DNA from: a virus
Taxonomy: Duplodnaviria > Caudoviricetes
Length of the DNA stretch: 48,095 nt
Virus record (IMG/VR): IMGVR_UViG_3300005764_000025
Span: 1 to 48,095 of that record
Reading direction: 5' to 3' (one strand)
In this document: piece by piece, positions 1 through 7,847 of the stretch
Numbering within the stretch: position 1 is the stretch's first letter
How the letters are laid out: each line of letters starts with the position of its first letter
Program-made: the position numbers and the translations under genes
Notes under the pieces: model-generated
Seen by the model: the letters and a program-made list of their open reading frames with translations, nothing else
Databases searched by the model: none
Told to the model about the DNA's origin: nothing

Positions 1-67
1 CGCGCTGAAATCCGCGATGTATACTGAGATCGCGTAGTCGAGAAGCGTTGAACCTTGCAGAGCGCAG

Positions 68-114
68 AAGAGCCTACAGCACATCCCATTTCCGGCTGTA
101 GGCTCTTTCTTTTT
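68..114 (+). terminator. Intrinsic terminator-like hairpin
   Basis: 13-bp stem AAGAGCCTACAGC (68-80) / GCTGTAGGCTCTT (95-107) followed by TCTTTTT; the 14-nt loop is long for a terminator. Confidence 0.6.
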
Positions 115-315
115 CCCGCCGCAATCGGCTATCCTACCTCCGGTAGCGACTCGGTTGTTCCTTGAATTCGGCTCGGCGCTCCCGTGCTTGGGATCTCGCT
201 GGACCGATTCCCCACTCTGTGGGTTTTGCCGCCTTACTGCGGTGGGGCACACGGGCGGTTCGCCTCTCCCGGCAGACCGCCCGTTCAAAATCTCTCCCGC
301 CAGAGGAAATCTCTT

Positions 316-738
316 ATGACGATTGACTCCTTCGCCGCTGACCGGCGGCTCAGAATCCGTCAGGACGATTGCGGCGACAAGATCATCCCCGGTAAACGCG
401 GCCACCTGTACGTGGATGACGGGCGGCTATGCCTGATGGTCACGGACGGCGCTCCTGCCAATCGAAGCCGATGGGAAGCGCTGGGCGGAAAACTCTGGAT
501 GGGTGATATTTCCCCGCATCCGAAGACCGGACGGCGCGTTCAGGACGTGAAGATCGCCGGCATCCCGGTCGAGAACGCCAAAGCGGCCATCCGCATGATC
601 CGTGCGTTCCCGAAGCGTGTTCTATCGCCGGAAGAGCTTGCCATGCGGCAGGCCCTCGTCCGTAAAAACTTCCCGGCATCGACCAGAAGGCCCTCCCCGG
701 CGCCAGAATCGAACGAGCCGGGGCTGGACGATGGATAG
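316..738 (+). CDS. Hypothetical protein (140 aa)
   Basis: ATG at 316 preceded by GAGGA; protein-like composition (MTIDSFAADRR...). Confidence 0.6.
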   Translation: MTIDSFAADRRLRIRQDDCGDKIIPGKRGHLYVDDGRLCLMVTDGAPANRSRWEALGGKLWMGDISPHPKTGRRVQDVKIAGIPVENAKAAIRMIRAFPKRVLSPEELAMRQALVRKNFPASTRRPSPAPESNEPGLDDG

Positions 739-1057
739 GACCGGACCCGTCCCGTCGATGCGAAACGGCGCAAACAGATCGACATGTTCATGTTTTCACG
801 AACTACACACTTTTCGACCGCAAATGAGGGAGAAAAACGAGTAGTGGCTCGTCCGGTGAGCCTCTGGGTACTGCACAGATGGGCAATACGCCCCAAAAAG
901 AATCGAGGACCGCATCTCTAGGGAAAATGCGGTCCTCCGAAAGGTCGAAAGGAAACGAACTCCTTCAGAATAGCACGAAAACGCCAGAAAATGTCATTTT
1001 TCGCCTGTTTTTGCCTGAAAAACGCGGTTTTTCAGCGATTTTGAGGCTCTGGCGGGC

Positions 1058-2134
1058 TCAATTCACCACCAGCCCGCTTTGCTGAACGACGAACTTATAG
1101 ACGTATGCCGCGCTTGTGGTGGAGGTTCCGTCATTCGAGACGGCCACGCCCGTCTTCAGTTGACTGCTGGACGGTATCGCCTTGCTGATTACAGTGGGCG
1201 TTCCGCCATCCATCGCCATCGAAAAGGAGCCGGCCGCAGTCCAGGTCAGCGTGACCCGGTGGATGTTTGTGTCGAGCGTCCCGGCCAGAGCGGACACGGT
1301 TTGCGCAGCGCTATCCGAACACGCCGCCATCCATCCGGTGTCCGGTGTTCCAAGGCTGGTGTCATAGCGGAGCCAGCAGCCAGCCGTGGAGTTTCCCAGA
1401 CTCACGGAGTATGGCGCCGCCGAAAGGAATGACAGGTAAAACTTGATGTTCGATGTGCTCGAGATCTTGAAGTGATACTCAATCGTCGTAGGCCTTAAGC
1501 TGCCAGCCGCCATTGCGCTGGCAAGAACGCCGCCGAACAGTTCAAGATACGATCCATTGCCCGTGCTGGCGGGACTGACCAGCTTGACGCCGCAGGGGTG
1601 ATTCGCATCCAGATCCGTTCCCAGTAGATTCGAAATGCTCGCGGAGCCCGCGTTCGTTACTCCCAAATGCCAGCCCATCTCGCCCACAACGTCCACGGTG
1701 GTCGAGGGAAATTCGCCGCCGCAGAAATTGTCGATCTTCCAGAACACCGTCCGGTCGAGCGGATTGAAAGCTGGTCCCGCCGCGCCCGCAGATCCTTGCG
1801 GCCCCGCGCCGCCGTTGATCGCCACGTAAAAGCTCGTCGCCGCCGAGAACCGCACCACCACATCGCACGTGACCGGATCGACTGTGACCGGCGGGGAGCC
1901 GTTGGGAGTGAGCAACTGTCGCGGAGTCGAATTGTCGTACACCATTACGACAAGGCCGCAGGGAGCAGCCGTAAACCCGTGCGTGGCGCCGGGAACGGTC
2001 GCGGAGGACACCGACGAAAACAGCGACGAGTAATAGGGCGCTTTGCCCGATCCCCCTCCGCCGCCGATTACGGAGGTCTGCGCGATTGCGCCAGCGACGA
2101 TCAGCGCCGCCGCCGGAACCAGGCGCCGCATCAC
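1058..2134 (-). CDS. Signal-peptide-bearing, beta-rich (lectin/fibre-like) protein
   Basis: N-terminus MMRRLVPAAALIVAGAIAQ, short G-X-Y stretch (GPQGSAGAAGP), Ser/Thr/Gly-rich C-terminal domain; start overlaps the upstream stop. Confidence 0.7.
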   Translation of the reverse strand: MMRRLVPAAALIVAGAIAQTSVIGGGGGSGKAPYYSSLFSSVSSATVPGATHGFTAAPCGLVVMVYDNSTPRQLLTPNGSPPVTVDPVTCDVVVRFSAATSFYVAINGGAGPQGSAGAAGPAFNPLDRTVFWKIDNFCGGEFPSTTVDVVGEMGWHLGVTNAGSASISNLLGTDLDANHPCGVKLVSPASTGNGSYLELFGGVLASAMAAGSLRPTTIEYHFKISSTSNIKFYLSFLSAAPYSVSLGNSTAGCWLRYDTSLGTPDTGWMAACSDSAAQTVSALAGTLDTNIHRVTLTWTAAGSFSMAMDGGTPTVISKAIPSSSQLKTGVAVSNDGTSTTSAAYVYKFVVQQSGLVVN

Positions 2135-2478
2135 TGCACCCCTTGATATTGCGCATCGACTGATCCGCCCGTCAGCGTGATCACGAAAGCCCGCACGGAT
2201 GTTATGGGCTTGTCGCTAATGTGGAACATCACCGGACTGGTGCAGGTCTGCGGGCCGCTCAGATCGAAGTAATTCGTCCCGTCGATACTGCCTTCAATCC
2301 GCGCCGAACAGGCGCTGGGGGAACTGGCAGGAATGAACGTCACCGTGTGCCTGGACGCCACGAATTGCAGGTTTCGCGCCACGCCCGTCCCGGTGTTTGT
2401 GAAATGCCCCAGAGATCCGTTGAAGGTTGTTGGAGCGGCCATCGCCGTCATCGCGACCAAAACGAGAAAGCGCCTCAT
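2131..2478 (-). CDS. Small signal-peptide-bearing protein (115 aa)
   Basis: Start MRRFLVLVAMTAMAA at 2478 with GAGG upstream; IEGSIDGTNY motif resembles phage beta-sandwich proteins. Confidence 0.65.
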   Translation of the reverse strand: MRRFLVLVAMTAMAAPTTFNGSLGHFTNTGTGVARNLQFVASRHTVTFIPASSPSACSARIEGSIDGTNYFDLSGPQTCTSPVMFHISDKPITSVRAFVITLTGGSVDAQYQGVQ

Positions 2479-2503
2479 TGTTCGCGCCCTCCTTTGCCGT
2501 AAT

Positions 2504-4552
2504 TTATCGCAGAAATCCGCCGCGCACGGGCCGCAACTGCCCTCCCGGCGCCGGGGAAACCGGGACGCCGGCGGGCATCGGCGCTTCCGGACGAGCGGCC
2601 GGCGGCGTTTCCGGCTTCTCCAGCGGCTCGACGGCGGTTTCGAGCTTCCTCCAGGCCTCTTCCGTGAAGCGGTCGATGCCCACAATCGACGCCGCGCCGC
2701 GGTTATAGACCGCCAGATCGAGCGGCTCGTTGCGCTTGTAGCGCTGTTCGTACTCCACTTTCCCGGCTTCGGTCACGATCCGGACCTCCGCAGTCAGGCC
2801 TTCGAAGTAGACCATGTCGTAGAGCGGGAAGTGGTGGCATCCCGGCGACGGCGAATCGTCCGGATGCGGGAGCGCGTGCCGCAACAGATCGAAGATCTCG
2901 CCCTTCGCGCAGTGCGTGCCGATCCCGATGATGCGGATTCCTTGCCGGCGGCGGGCCGCGTCCTCTTTCGAGATCGATGCGATGATCCGGAGCGCATCCG
3001 GCGTGCCTTTGACCGGGACGATGGTCCGGTGCGCGACGAGCTTGATCCCTCCCGGCCCGTAGTGCAACTGGCGGTGACCAGGCCGGCGCGTGAACTCGTA
3101 CACGGGCTTCGGATTCCGTCCGGTGTCGATGCACATCGCGAGGATCGGCAGGTAATGCCCGCTGGCGTGGAGCCAGTCGCGCTGAAGCAACTCCTCAAGC
3201 TGGTCCCACAACTCCGCGGAAGTGACCGGAAGCTCCTGGCCGTTCGACGCGAACGCCTGCAGAACCCAGTAGCCGATGCTCCAGTTCTCTCTTCCTCGGC
3301 CCCACGCCTTCACTTCGACCTCGAGCCGCGGCGGATGCTCCTGAACGTCAGCCGCCGCCGTCAGGAACAGGCCTCTCTGCGGAATCACCGCCGCATCCCC
3401 GAACGCATACGCCTCGCGCCGCGCAAACAGCTTCTCTTTTTCCGGGGCCTCGCCTTCCTCGACCCATTCCTCCGCGAGAACCGTATTGATGAACGTCTTC
3501 AGGTTCTGCCGGTCATCCTTCGCCGTCAGGAAGTGCCGGGTGATATCGGAGCACCGCTTCCATTGCGGCGGCACGTACAGGTGATTCACCCAGAATCCCG
3601 CCACCTTCCCGTCCGTCAGCGGATTCTCGACGCGCCATTCCACGTCGTTCACGGCCCGCCAGCGCTCCTGTTCCGTCCACGGGCGGTCGCACTTCACGCA
3701 GTGATACCGCGCCGTCGCCGGCCGCATCGATTCCGACACGCTCGAATCCCACTTCACGTGGTAGCCCGTCTTGTCGCGGAACCGCAGGACCTGGCGGAAG
3801 CCGCAATGCGGACACGCGGCATACGGTTTCCTCTGATCGCTCTGCTGATACGCCTTCCCGATCCGGCTCACTCCCGCGACCGTGGGGCTGCACGCCATCA
3901 CGCGCTTCCGCCGGCTCCCATACGTCATGGCGCGTTCCCACGCCAGATCCACGGCATCGCCTTCGCCCTGTCGCTGAACGCTCCCGCCTACATCCTCGCT
4001 GTACTTGTCGATCTCGTCGCACACCAGATAGCGGATCGTATGCTGCGCGAGGTCAATCGGCGTGCGAGCTGAGACGATCAGCAGATTCCCGCCGGGAAAT
4101 TCTTTCGACAGCGTCGTTGACGAACCTTCATGCACACTGTCCGAGAGCTTTCCCTTCAGCGCAGGGCAATCCCGGCTCATCGGCGCGAGTCTCCGTTTGC
4201 TGAACTGAGTCGCCGCGTCCTTCTTCGGCTCCACCAGCAGAATCGGACCCGGATCTGTGACGATCCAATACGCGATCGCGCACATGATCGCGAGACTCTT
4301 CACCAACTGAGTCCCGCTCATGATGATCACCTGTTCGATCGACGGATCGCTGATCGCGTCGAAGATCCCCCTCTGCCAGCCGTAGAGTTGCAGATTGCCC
4401 GTCGCCGCCGAATACTCGGGCGAGAGAACGATGTTCTTCTCGCTCCACTCAGCCAGATTCAGCCATCTGTGAACCTTGAATACTTCGCGGAATTCCTGAA
4501 AGAGAGGCGGTGGATACGGGAAACCGATCTCCTGAAACTCCTCGATCGTCAC
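2504..4552 (-). CDS. terL: Terminase large subunit, GpA family
   Basis: DPGPILLVEP, EFPGG, Walker B YLVCDEID, CSPT, CPHCG...CVKC zinc module, FINTVLAEEW, NEPLDLAVY; GTG start overlaps terS stop (GTGA). Confidence 0.93.
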   Translation of the reverse strand: MTIEEFQEIGFPYPPPLFQEFREVFKVHRWLNLAEWSEKNIVLSPEYSAATGNLQLYGWQRGIFDAISDPSIEQVIIMSGTQLVKSLAIMCAIAYWIVTDPGPILLVEPKKDAATQFSKRRLAPMSRDCPALKGKLSDSVHEGSSTTLSKEFPGGNLLIVSARTPIDLAQHTIRYLVCDEIDKYSEDVGGSVQRQGEGDAVDLAWERAMTYGSRRKRVMACSPTVAGVSRIGKAYQQSDQRKPYAACPHCGFRQVLRFRDKTGYHVKWDSSVSESMRPATARYHCVKCDRPWTEQERWRAVNDVEWRVENPLTDGKVAGFWVNHLYVPPQWKRCSDITRHFLTAKDDRQNLKTFINTVLAEEWVEEGEAPEKEKLFARREAYAFGDAAVIPQRGLFLTAAADVQEHPPRLEVEVKAWGRGRENWSIGYWVLQAFASNGQELPVTSAELWDQLEELLQRDWLHASGHYLPILAMCIDTGRNPKPVYEFTRRPGHRQLHYGPGGIKLVAHRTIVPVKGTPDALRIIASISKEDAARRRQGIRIIGIGTHCAKGEIFDLLRHALPHPDDSPSPGCHHFPLYDMVYFEGLTAEVRIVTEAGKVEYEQRYKRNEPLDLAVYNRGAASIVGIDRFTEEAWRKLETAVEPLEKPETPPAARPEAPMPAGVPVSPAPGGQLRPVRGGFLR

Positions 4553-5142
4553 GCGACCTTCTCTTCTTCCCGGCCTTCGCCCCAGAGTGTCTCCAACTCG
4601 TACAGCTTGTTGAGCACGCTCTCGACCCAAACCTGGAGAATGGCGCCGCACTTCTTCGGATCGTTTTCGAGCGACAACTTGTCCTGTAGCTCGGACGGCC
4701 CTTTCTCAAGCGTGTCCCGACTGGCTTGCAGAAACTTGATCGCCCAGTGCCGCACATAGACCACCGGAACCAGTTCGCTGCGCTTCTGCCTATTCGTGAT
4801 CTCCTGCCCTTCCGCCAGCGCCTTGGCGCGGCGCAATTTCATCGCCTCGGTCTGATCGCGGATACCCTGCAAGCGGAGGAGAGCCTCATATTCGGTCTTC
4901 TCCTCTTCCGTCTCTTCGCCTGTATCCGGCTTCGAAGCGGTCTGCTGCTTCCTCGCCGGCGGCAACGCTTCCGCCATCTCCTGTTTTGCTTTGCTACGGA
5001 TTTTGGCATACGCCCTGATCTGATCCGGCGTCTCACCTTTTCGCATGTGATCGCTGATCGTGGAAGCGGATAATCCCGTCTCCCGCGCCAACGCGCTCAC
5101 GCCCACATTCTCGATCCGTTGCCGCGGCGAACGCTTTCCCAT
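4549..5142 (-). CDS. terS: Terminase small subunit (Nu1-like)
   Basis: N-terminal HTH (VSALARETGLSASTIS), coiled coil and ELVPV motif; coupled to terL. Confidence 0.75.
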   Translation of the reverse strand: MGKRSPRQRIENVGVSALARETGLSASTISDHMRKGETPDQIRAYAKIRSKAKQEMAEALPPARKQQTASKPDTGEETEEEKTEYEALLRLQGIRDQTEAMKLRRAKALAEGQEITNRQKRSELVPVVYVRHWAIKFLQASRDTLEKGPSELQDKLSLENDPKKCGAILQVWVESVLNKLYELETLWGEGREEEKVA

Positions 5143-5249
5143 CGCAAAACCTCTTTTATACGATGGCTCTGTTCAACTGGCCTACCCCTCTAGGAGACTG
5201 CACAACTGAGTACCGACGACATACAGAGCCATCGCTCTTGCATTGTCGA

Positions 5250-5462
5250 TTACTCTACCACTGGCGTAGCGTCGAGCCAATCCTGGCCGTCCTGCATGAA
5301 TGACCAGATATACCCCTCGCCGCGCTCCTTCTCCCGCCGCTCCTGGTTCTGAAAGTCCTCGTGCGTGTACCCGTGCTTCTTCATCGCGTGCTCTTGCAAT
5401 ACGACGAGATCATTCGTTTCGAAACGCTTGCAGATTGCGCACCGTAATTGCCATCCGGACAT
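5250..5462 (-). CDS. Small C2H2 zinc-finger-like protein
   Basis: CAIC...HAMKKH motif; 70 aa. Confidence 0.55.
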   Translation of the reverse strand: MSGWQLRCAICKRFETNDLVVLQEHAMKKHGYTHEDFQNQERREKERGEGYIWSFMQDGQDWLDATPVVE

Positions 5463-5483
5463 GTTGCGATACTATACCCGCAC

Positions 5484-5705
5484 GTGACCAAGAGCATAAT
5501 TTTATTCGCCAACGGCAATGCCGGCGTCTTCCATGACTCGCGCCAGGTTCCGTCCCTTCAATCCAACGGCTGGCTCCCCGCATACCTCGCGGATCTCGCG
5601 CGCGCCGGCGTCGATCCCTCCGAATATCAGATCATCATGCCCAACGGCGCTGTCGCCCGCGCCTTCCGCACCAAAAGCGGCTGGAACTGGGAAATCCGCC
5701 CCTAA
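5484..5705 (+). CDS. Hypothetical protein (73 aa)
   Basis: GTG at 5484 avoids overlap with the divergent gene; protein-like sequence. Confidence 0.5.
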   Translation: MTKSIILFANGNAGVFHDSRQVPSLQSNGWLPAYLADLARAGVDPSEYQIIMPNGAVARAFRTKSGWNWEIRP

Positions 5706-5789
5706 AACTCCCGGCGACTAATAATAGTCAGTCCTGCCCTAGTACGAACAACCACAGAAACGGCCCAGTTAGTACTTACGGTACTCGGT

Positions 5790-5848
5790 CAAAGCGCGAA
5801 CTGCGGACACCGGCGCGCCGACATACCCCATACACCAAGGACCCGTGG
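5790..5848 (-). other. Candidate cos site (cosQ-like GGGTCCT at 5844-5838, cosN expected near 5795-5820)
   Basis: Minus strand reads ACGGGTCCTT as at lambda cosQ, in the non-coding gap upstream of terS, followed by a GC-rich GCGCG...CGCGC segment. Confidence 0.55.
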
Positions 5849-5850
5849 CA

Positions 5851-5950
5851 CTCGAGGTTACTCGAGGTTACGAGCCGCGCCAGGTCCTTCATAACAAGAT
5901 ACTTACCTCCGTTCGCGGCCGGCGGGCGGCTCTTGAGGTTACGAATCGCG
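5851..5950 (+). repeat. Short direct repeats next to the putative cos
   Basis: CTCGAGGTTA tandem x2 (5851-5870); GAGGTTACGAnnCGCG at 5864 and 5935. Confidence 0.7.
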
Positions 5951-6074
5951 GCAACCCCAAGCAACCATTGGGCTTATTCGCTGACGGCCCGGCGTGGGGC
6001 GAATGCGGCCCGAGTTAGAAAGTGCATGGTAGGCTGAAGCTTCGCGAACGGCACGAACGAAACGGAGAACGGAC

Positions 6075-6308
6075 ATGACAACGAGCACGATGTGGGATTC
6101 GAGATGCAAGAGCGGTTACCAGTGGGATACAGGGCGCCGCACACGCCTACTCAAGCGCACGGTTTGGAAACAGTGCAATCAGATGACGGCTCGTGGTGAA
6201 GTCTTATGCCATGACTGCCATGCGCTGTTAGAGGTATCTCTTAGTGCGACTCACAATGCGGCTCACGCCAGCGAAAATATTTTCGTCGTGATCGAGCAAT
6301 TCGCTTGA
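6075..6308 (+). CDS. Hypothetical early protein (77 aa)
   Basis: GGAG SD and GAAC-rich leader; CHDC motif. Confidence 0.6.
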   Translation: MTTSTMWDSRCKSGYQWDTGRRTRLLKRTVWKQCNQMTARGEVLCHDCHALLEVSLSATHNAAHASENIFVVIEQFA

Positions 6309-6333
6309 TTCGTGGCACGAATCATGAGACGAT
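6305..6333 (+). promoter_or_regulatory. Sigma70-type promoter with palindromic operator, copy 1
   Basis: TTGATT-17 nt-GACGAT (TGn extended); perfect palindrome TGATTCGTG-G-CACGAATCA at 6306-6324. Confidence 0.7.
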
Positions 6334-6352
6334 CATAGAGTCAATGGAACGA

Positions 6353-7156
6353 ATGAACATGACGAACACGAAAGCAACCACGAAACGCAAGCGCAAGACC
6401 ACGGTCCTGATTCGGCGCCCAAAGGGCTATCGCGCCGTTTTAACTTGCGACAATGCCAAAACGAGCAAGGGTGAAGCGTTAGGCTACCGGACGGGTATCT
6501 GCTATCTGGCGCCTGGAAACGAAAGCGGAGTCATCAATACTTGCACGTATGCCAGCAAGGGTTGTCTTGAGGCTTGCCTATTTCGTGCTGGTAGAGGCGC
6601 CTTTCCAAAGACCATTCGCCAGCGCATTGCAAAGACACTTTTCCTCGTTGAGAATCGCGAGTTGTTCTTAGCTTCGCTTCGCACGGACATTCTCGCCTTG
6701 ATTCGAGATTCAGCCGATATGGGGATGATTCCAGCCGTTCGTATGAATGGCACCTCTGATCTCGCATGGCTAGGAATGCAGATGAGTAAAGAGTTTCCAT
6801 CCGTCATGTTCTATGACTATACGAAGCTTCCGAAACCCTATCTGCGTCAACGAGCCAACTATCGGCTCACGTTCTCTTACTCCGGGCATAACCTCAATGA
6901 TGCATTGGATGCGCTGAAACATGGCGTGAATGTCGCCGTGGTCTTCGATACGCGCAAAGGTCAAGACTTGCCTGTTTCGTGGAACGGGTATCGCGTGATT
7001 GACGGCGACACGCATGATTTGCGTTTTCTGGACACCGAGTCCGTGGTAGTTGGACTCCGTGCCAAAGGGCCAGCCAGGAAACAGGATTCGGCTTTCATTG
7101 TGAAGACTAACGGCACGGCTCCACTGTCGAATCCGTTCGTGGTGCTAGTCGCCTAA
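6353..7156 (+). CDS. Phage GP88-like protein (Fe-S/radical-SAM-like Cys motif)
   Basis: CTYASKGCLEAC, AVRMNGTSD, FYDYTK, LTFSYS, IDGDTHDLRFLD, VVGLRAKG motifs; start at 6353 or 6359, downstream of the promoter. Confidence 0.75.
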   Translation: MNMTNTKATTKRKRKTTVLIRRPKGYRAVLTCDNAKTSKGEALGYRTGICYLAPGNESGVINTCTYASKGCLEACLFRAGRGAFPKTIRQRIAKTLFLVENRELFLASLRTDILALIRDSADMGMIPAVRMNGTSDLAWLGMQMSKEFPSVMFYDYTKLPKPYLRQRANYRLTFSYSGHNLNDALDALKHGVNVAVVFDTRKGQDLPVSWNGYRVIDGDTHDLRFLDTESVVVGLRAKGPARKQDSAFIVKTNGTAPLSNPFVVLVA

Positions 7157-7213
7157 CTCCACTGATGAGCCGTTGCGACCACGGCGAAACGGCGCGAACG
7201 GCGCCGTCTGGAG
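7157..7213 (+). ncRNA. Type I hammerhead ribozyme HH1
   Basis: Stem I CTCCA/TGGAG, core CTGATGA, stem II GCCGT/ACGGC, GAAA, stem III ACGGCGC/GCGCCGT, GUC cleavage after 7208. Confidence 0.95.
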
Positions 7214-7223
7214 ACACCGAAAC

Positions 7224-7508
7224 ATGCACACAACAGACGAACAACGCAAAAGCCTTCAGCCATACGCATGGCCTGGAGGTTATCCCGTCATGTATATGGC
7301 TGTAGGTGGCTGGCGTGATGAGGAAACGGGAAAACTGGAGGTCAATGACCGTGAAGAGTTCGTCTGTTGCGCGAAGTGTGCGGTTGATACTCAACAATGG
7401 CCTGATTTGGTGATTATCGGTCACTACGTCCACTATGAAGGTCCTCCTGAAGAGTGCGAGTACTGTAATTCGTTCACGGAGTCCGCATACGGCGACCCAA
7501 ACGAGTAA
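7224..7508 (+). CDS. Small phage protein with YAWPGGYP motif and CxxC pairs (94 aa)
   Basis: ATG 7224, about 10 nt after the GGAG in HH1 stem I; TAA abuts HH2. Confidence 0.8.
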   Translation: MHTTDEQRKSLQPYAWPGGYPVMYMAVGGWRDEETGKLEVNDREEFVCCAKCAVDTQQWPDLVIIGHYVHYEGPPEECEYCNSFTESAYGDPNE

Positions 7509-7564
7509 CTCCACTGATGAGCCGTGGCGCGGCGAAACGAGCGGCCAATCCGTTCGTCTTGAAG
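7509..7564 (+). ncRNA. Type I hammerhead ribozyme HH2 (stem I mismatched)
   Basis: CTGATGA, stem II GCCG/CGGC, GAAA, stem III ACGAGCGG/CCGTTCGT, GUC cleavage after 7558; stem I is CTCCA versus TTGAA, only 3 of 5 pairs. Confidence 0.8.
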
Positions 7565-7574
7565 GTATCGAATT

Positions 7575-7778
7575 TTGAAGGTATACGGTGAAACACTCCG
7601 TGAATTGACCACGGACGAATTGAACGCGCTACGCAAGTACGCCAGCATTCACGGTCGCAATTGGAAGTCCGCACTCCGTGACCAGTGGGAACGTGCAAGC
7701 GCCATAGGCCCGTTGCATGCGCTCCGCAATTCGCATGGGCCTACATGGCTGGTCCGTTTCCGCTTGCCTAAAGCGTAA
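7575..7778 (+). CDS. Small phage protein (67 aa)
   Basis: TTG start after GAAGGT; YA..HGRNWKSAL...W...LRNSHGPTWL motif recalled from phage proteins; TAA abuts HH3. Confidence 0.75.
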   Translation: MKVYGETLRELTTDELNALRKYASIHGRNWKSALRDQWERASAIGPLHALRNSHGPTWLVRFRLPKA

Positions 7779-7839
7779 CTCCACTGAAGAGCCATTGAAA
7801 CACTGGCGAAACGGCGCGGCGGTATCGCGCCGTATGGAG
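7779..7839 (+). ncRNA. Type I hammerhead ribozyme HH3
   Basis: Stem I CTCCA/TGGAG, core CTGAAGA, stem II GCCA/TGGC, GAAA, stem III ACGGCGCG/CGCGCCGT, GUA cleavage after 7834. Confidence 0.93.
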
Positions 7840-7847
7840 GAAACGGA

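Noticed and set aside
2333-4072. 579-aa plus-strand ORF
   Set aside because: Antisense shadow of terL in GC-rich DNA; Arg-rich, with no SD or motifs
5981-6030. CTGACG-GCCC...GGGC-GAAT resembling a fourth hammerhead
   Set aside because: Core lacks the conserved A of CUGANGA, has GAAT instead of GAAA, and has no stem I
6305-6352. N-terminal extensions in the ORF track (also starts at 8561, 7173, 9515, 13789)
   Set aside because: These extensions run through promoters, ribozymes or repeats; better SD-linked starts lie downstream
7154-7840. CRISPR array or integron attC interpretation of the TAACTCCACTGA repeats
   Set aside because: Spacers are 200-300-nt genes, no cas or intI gene is present, and the hammerhead consensus fully explains the repeats
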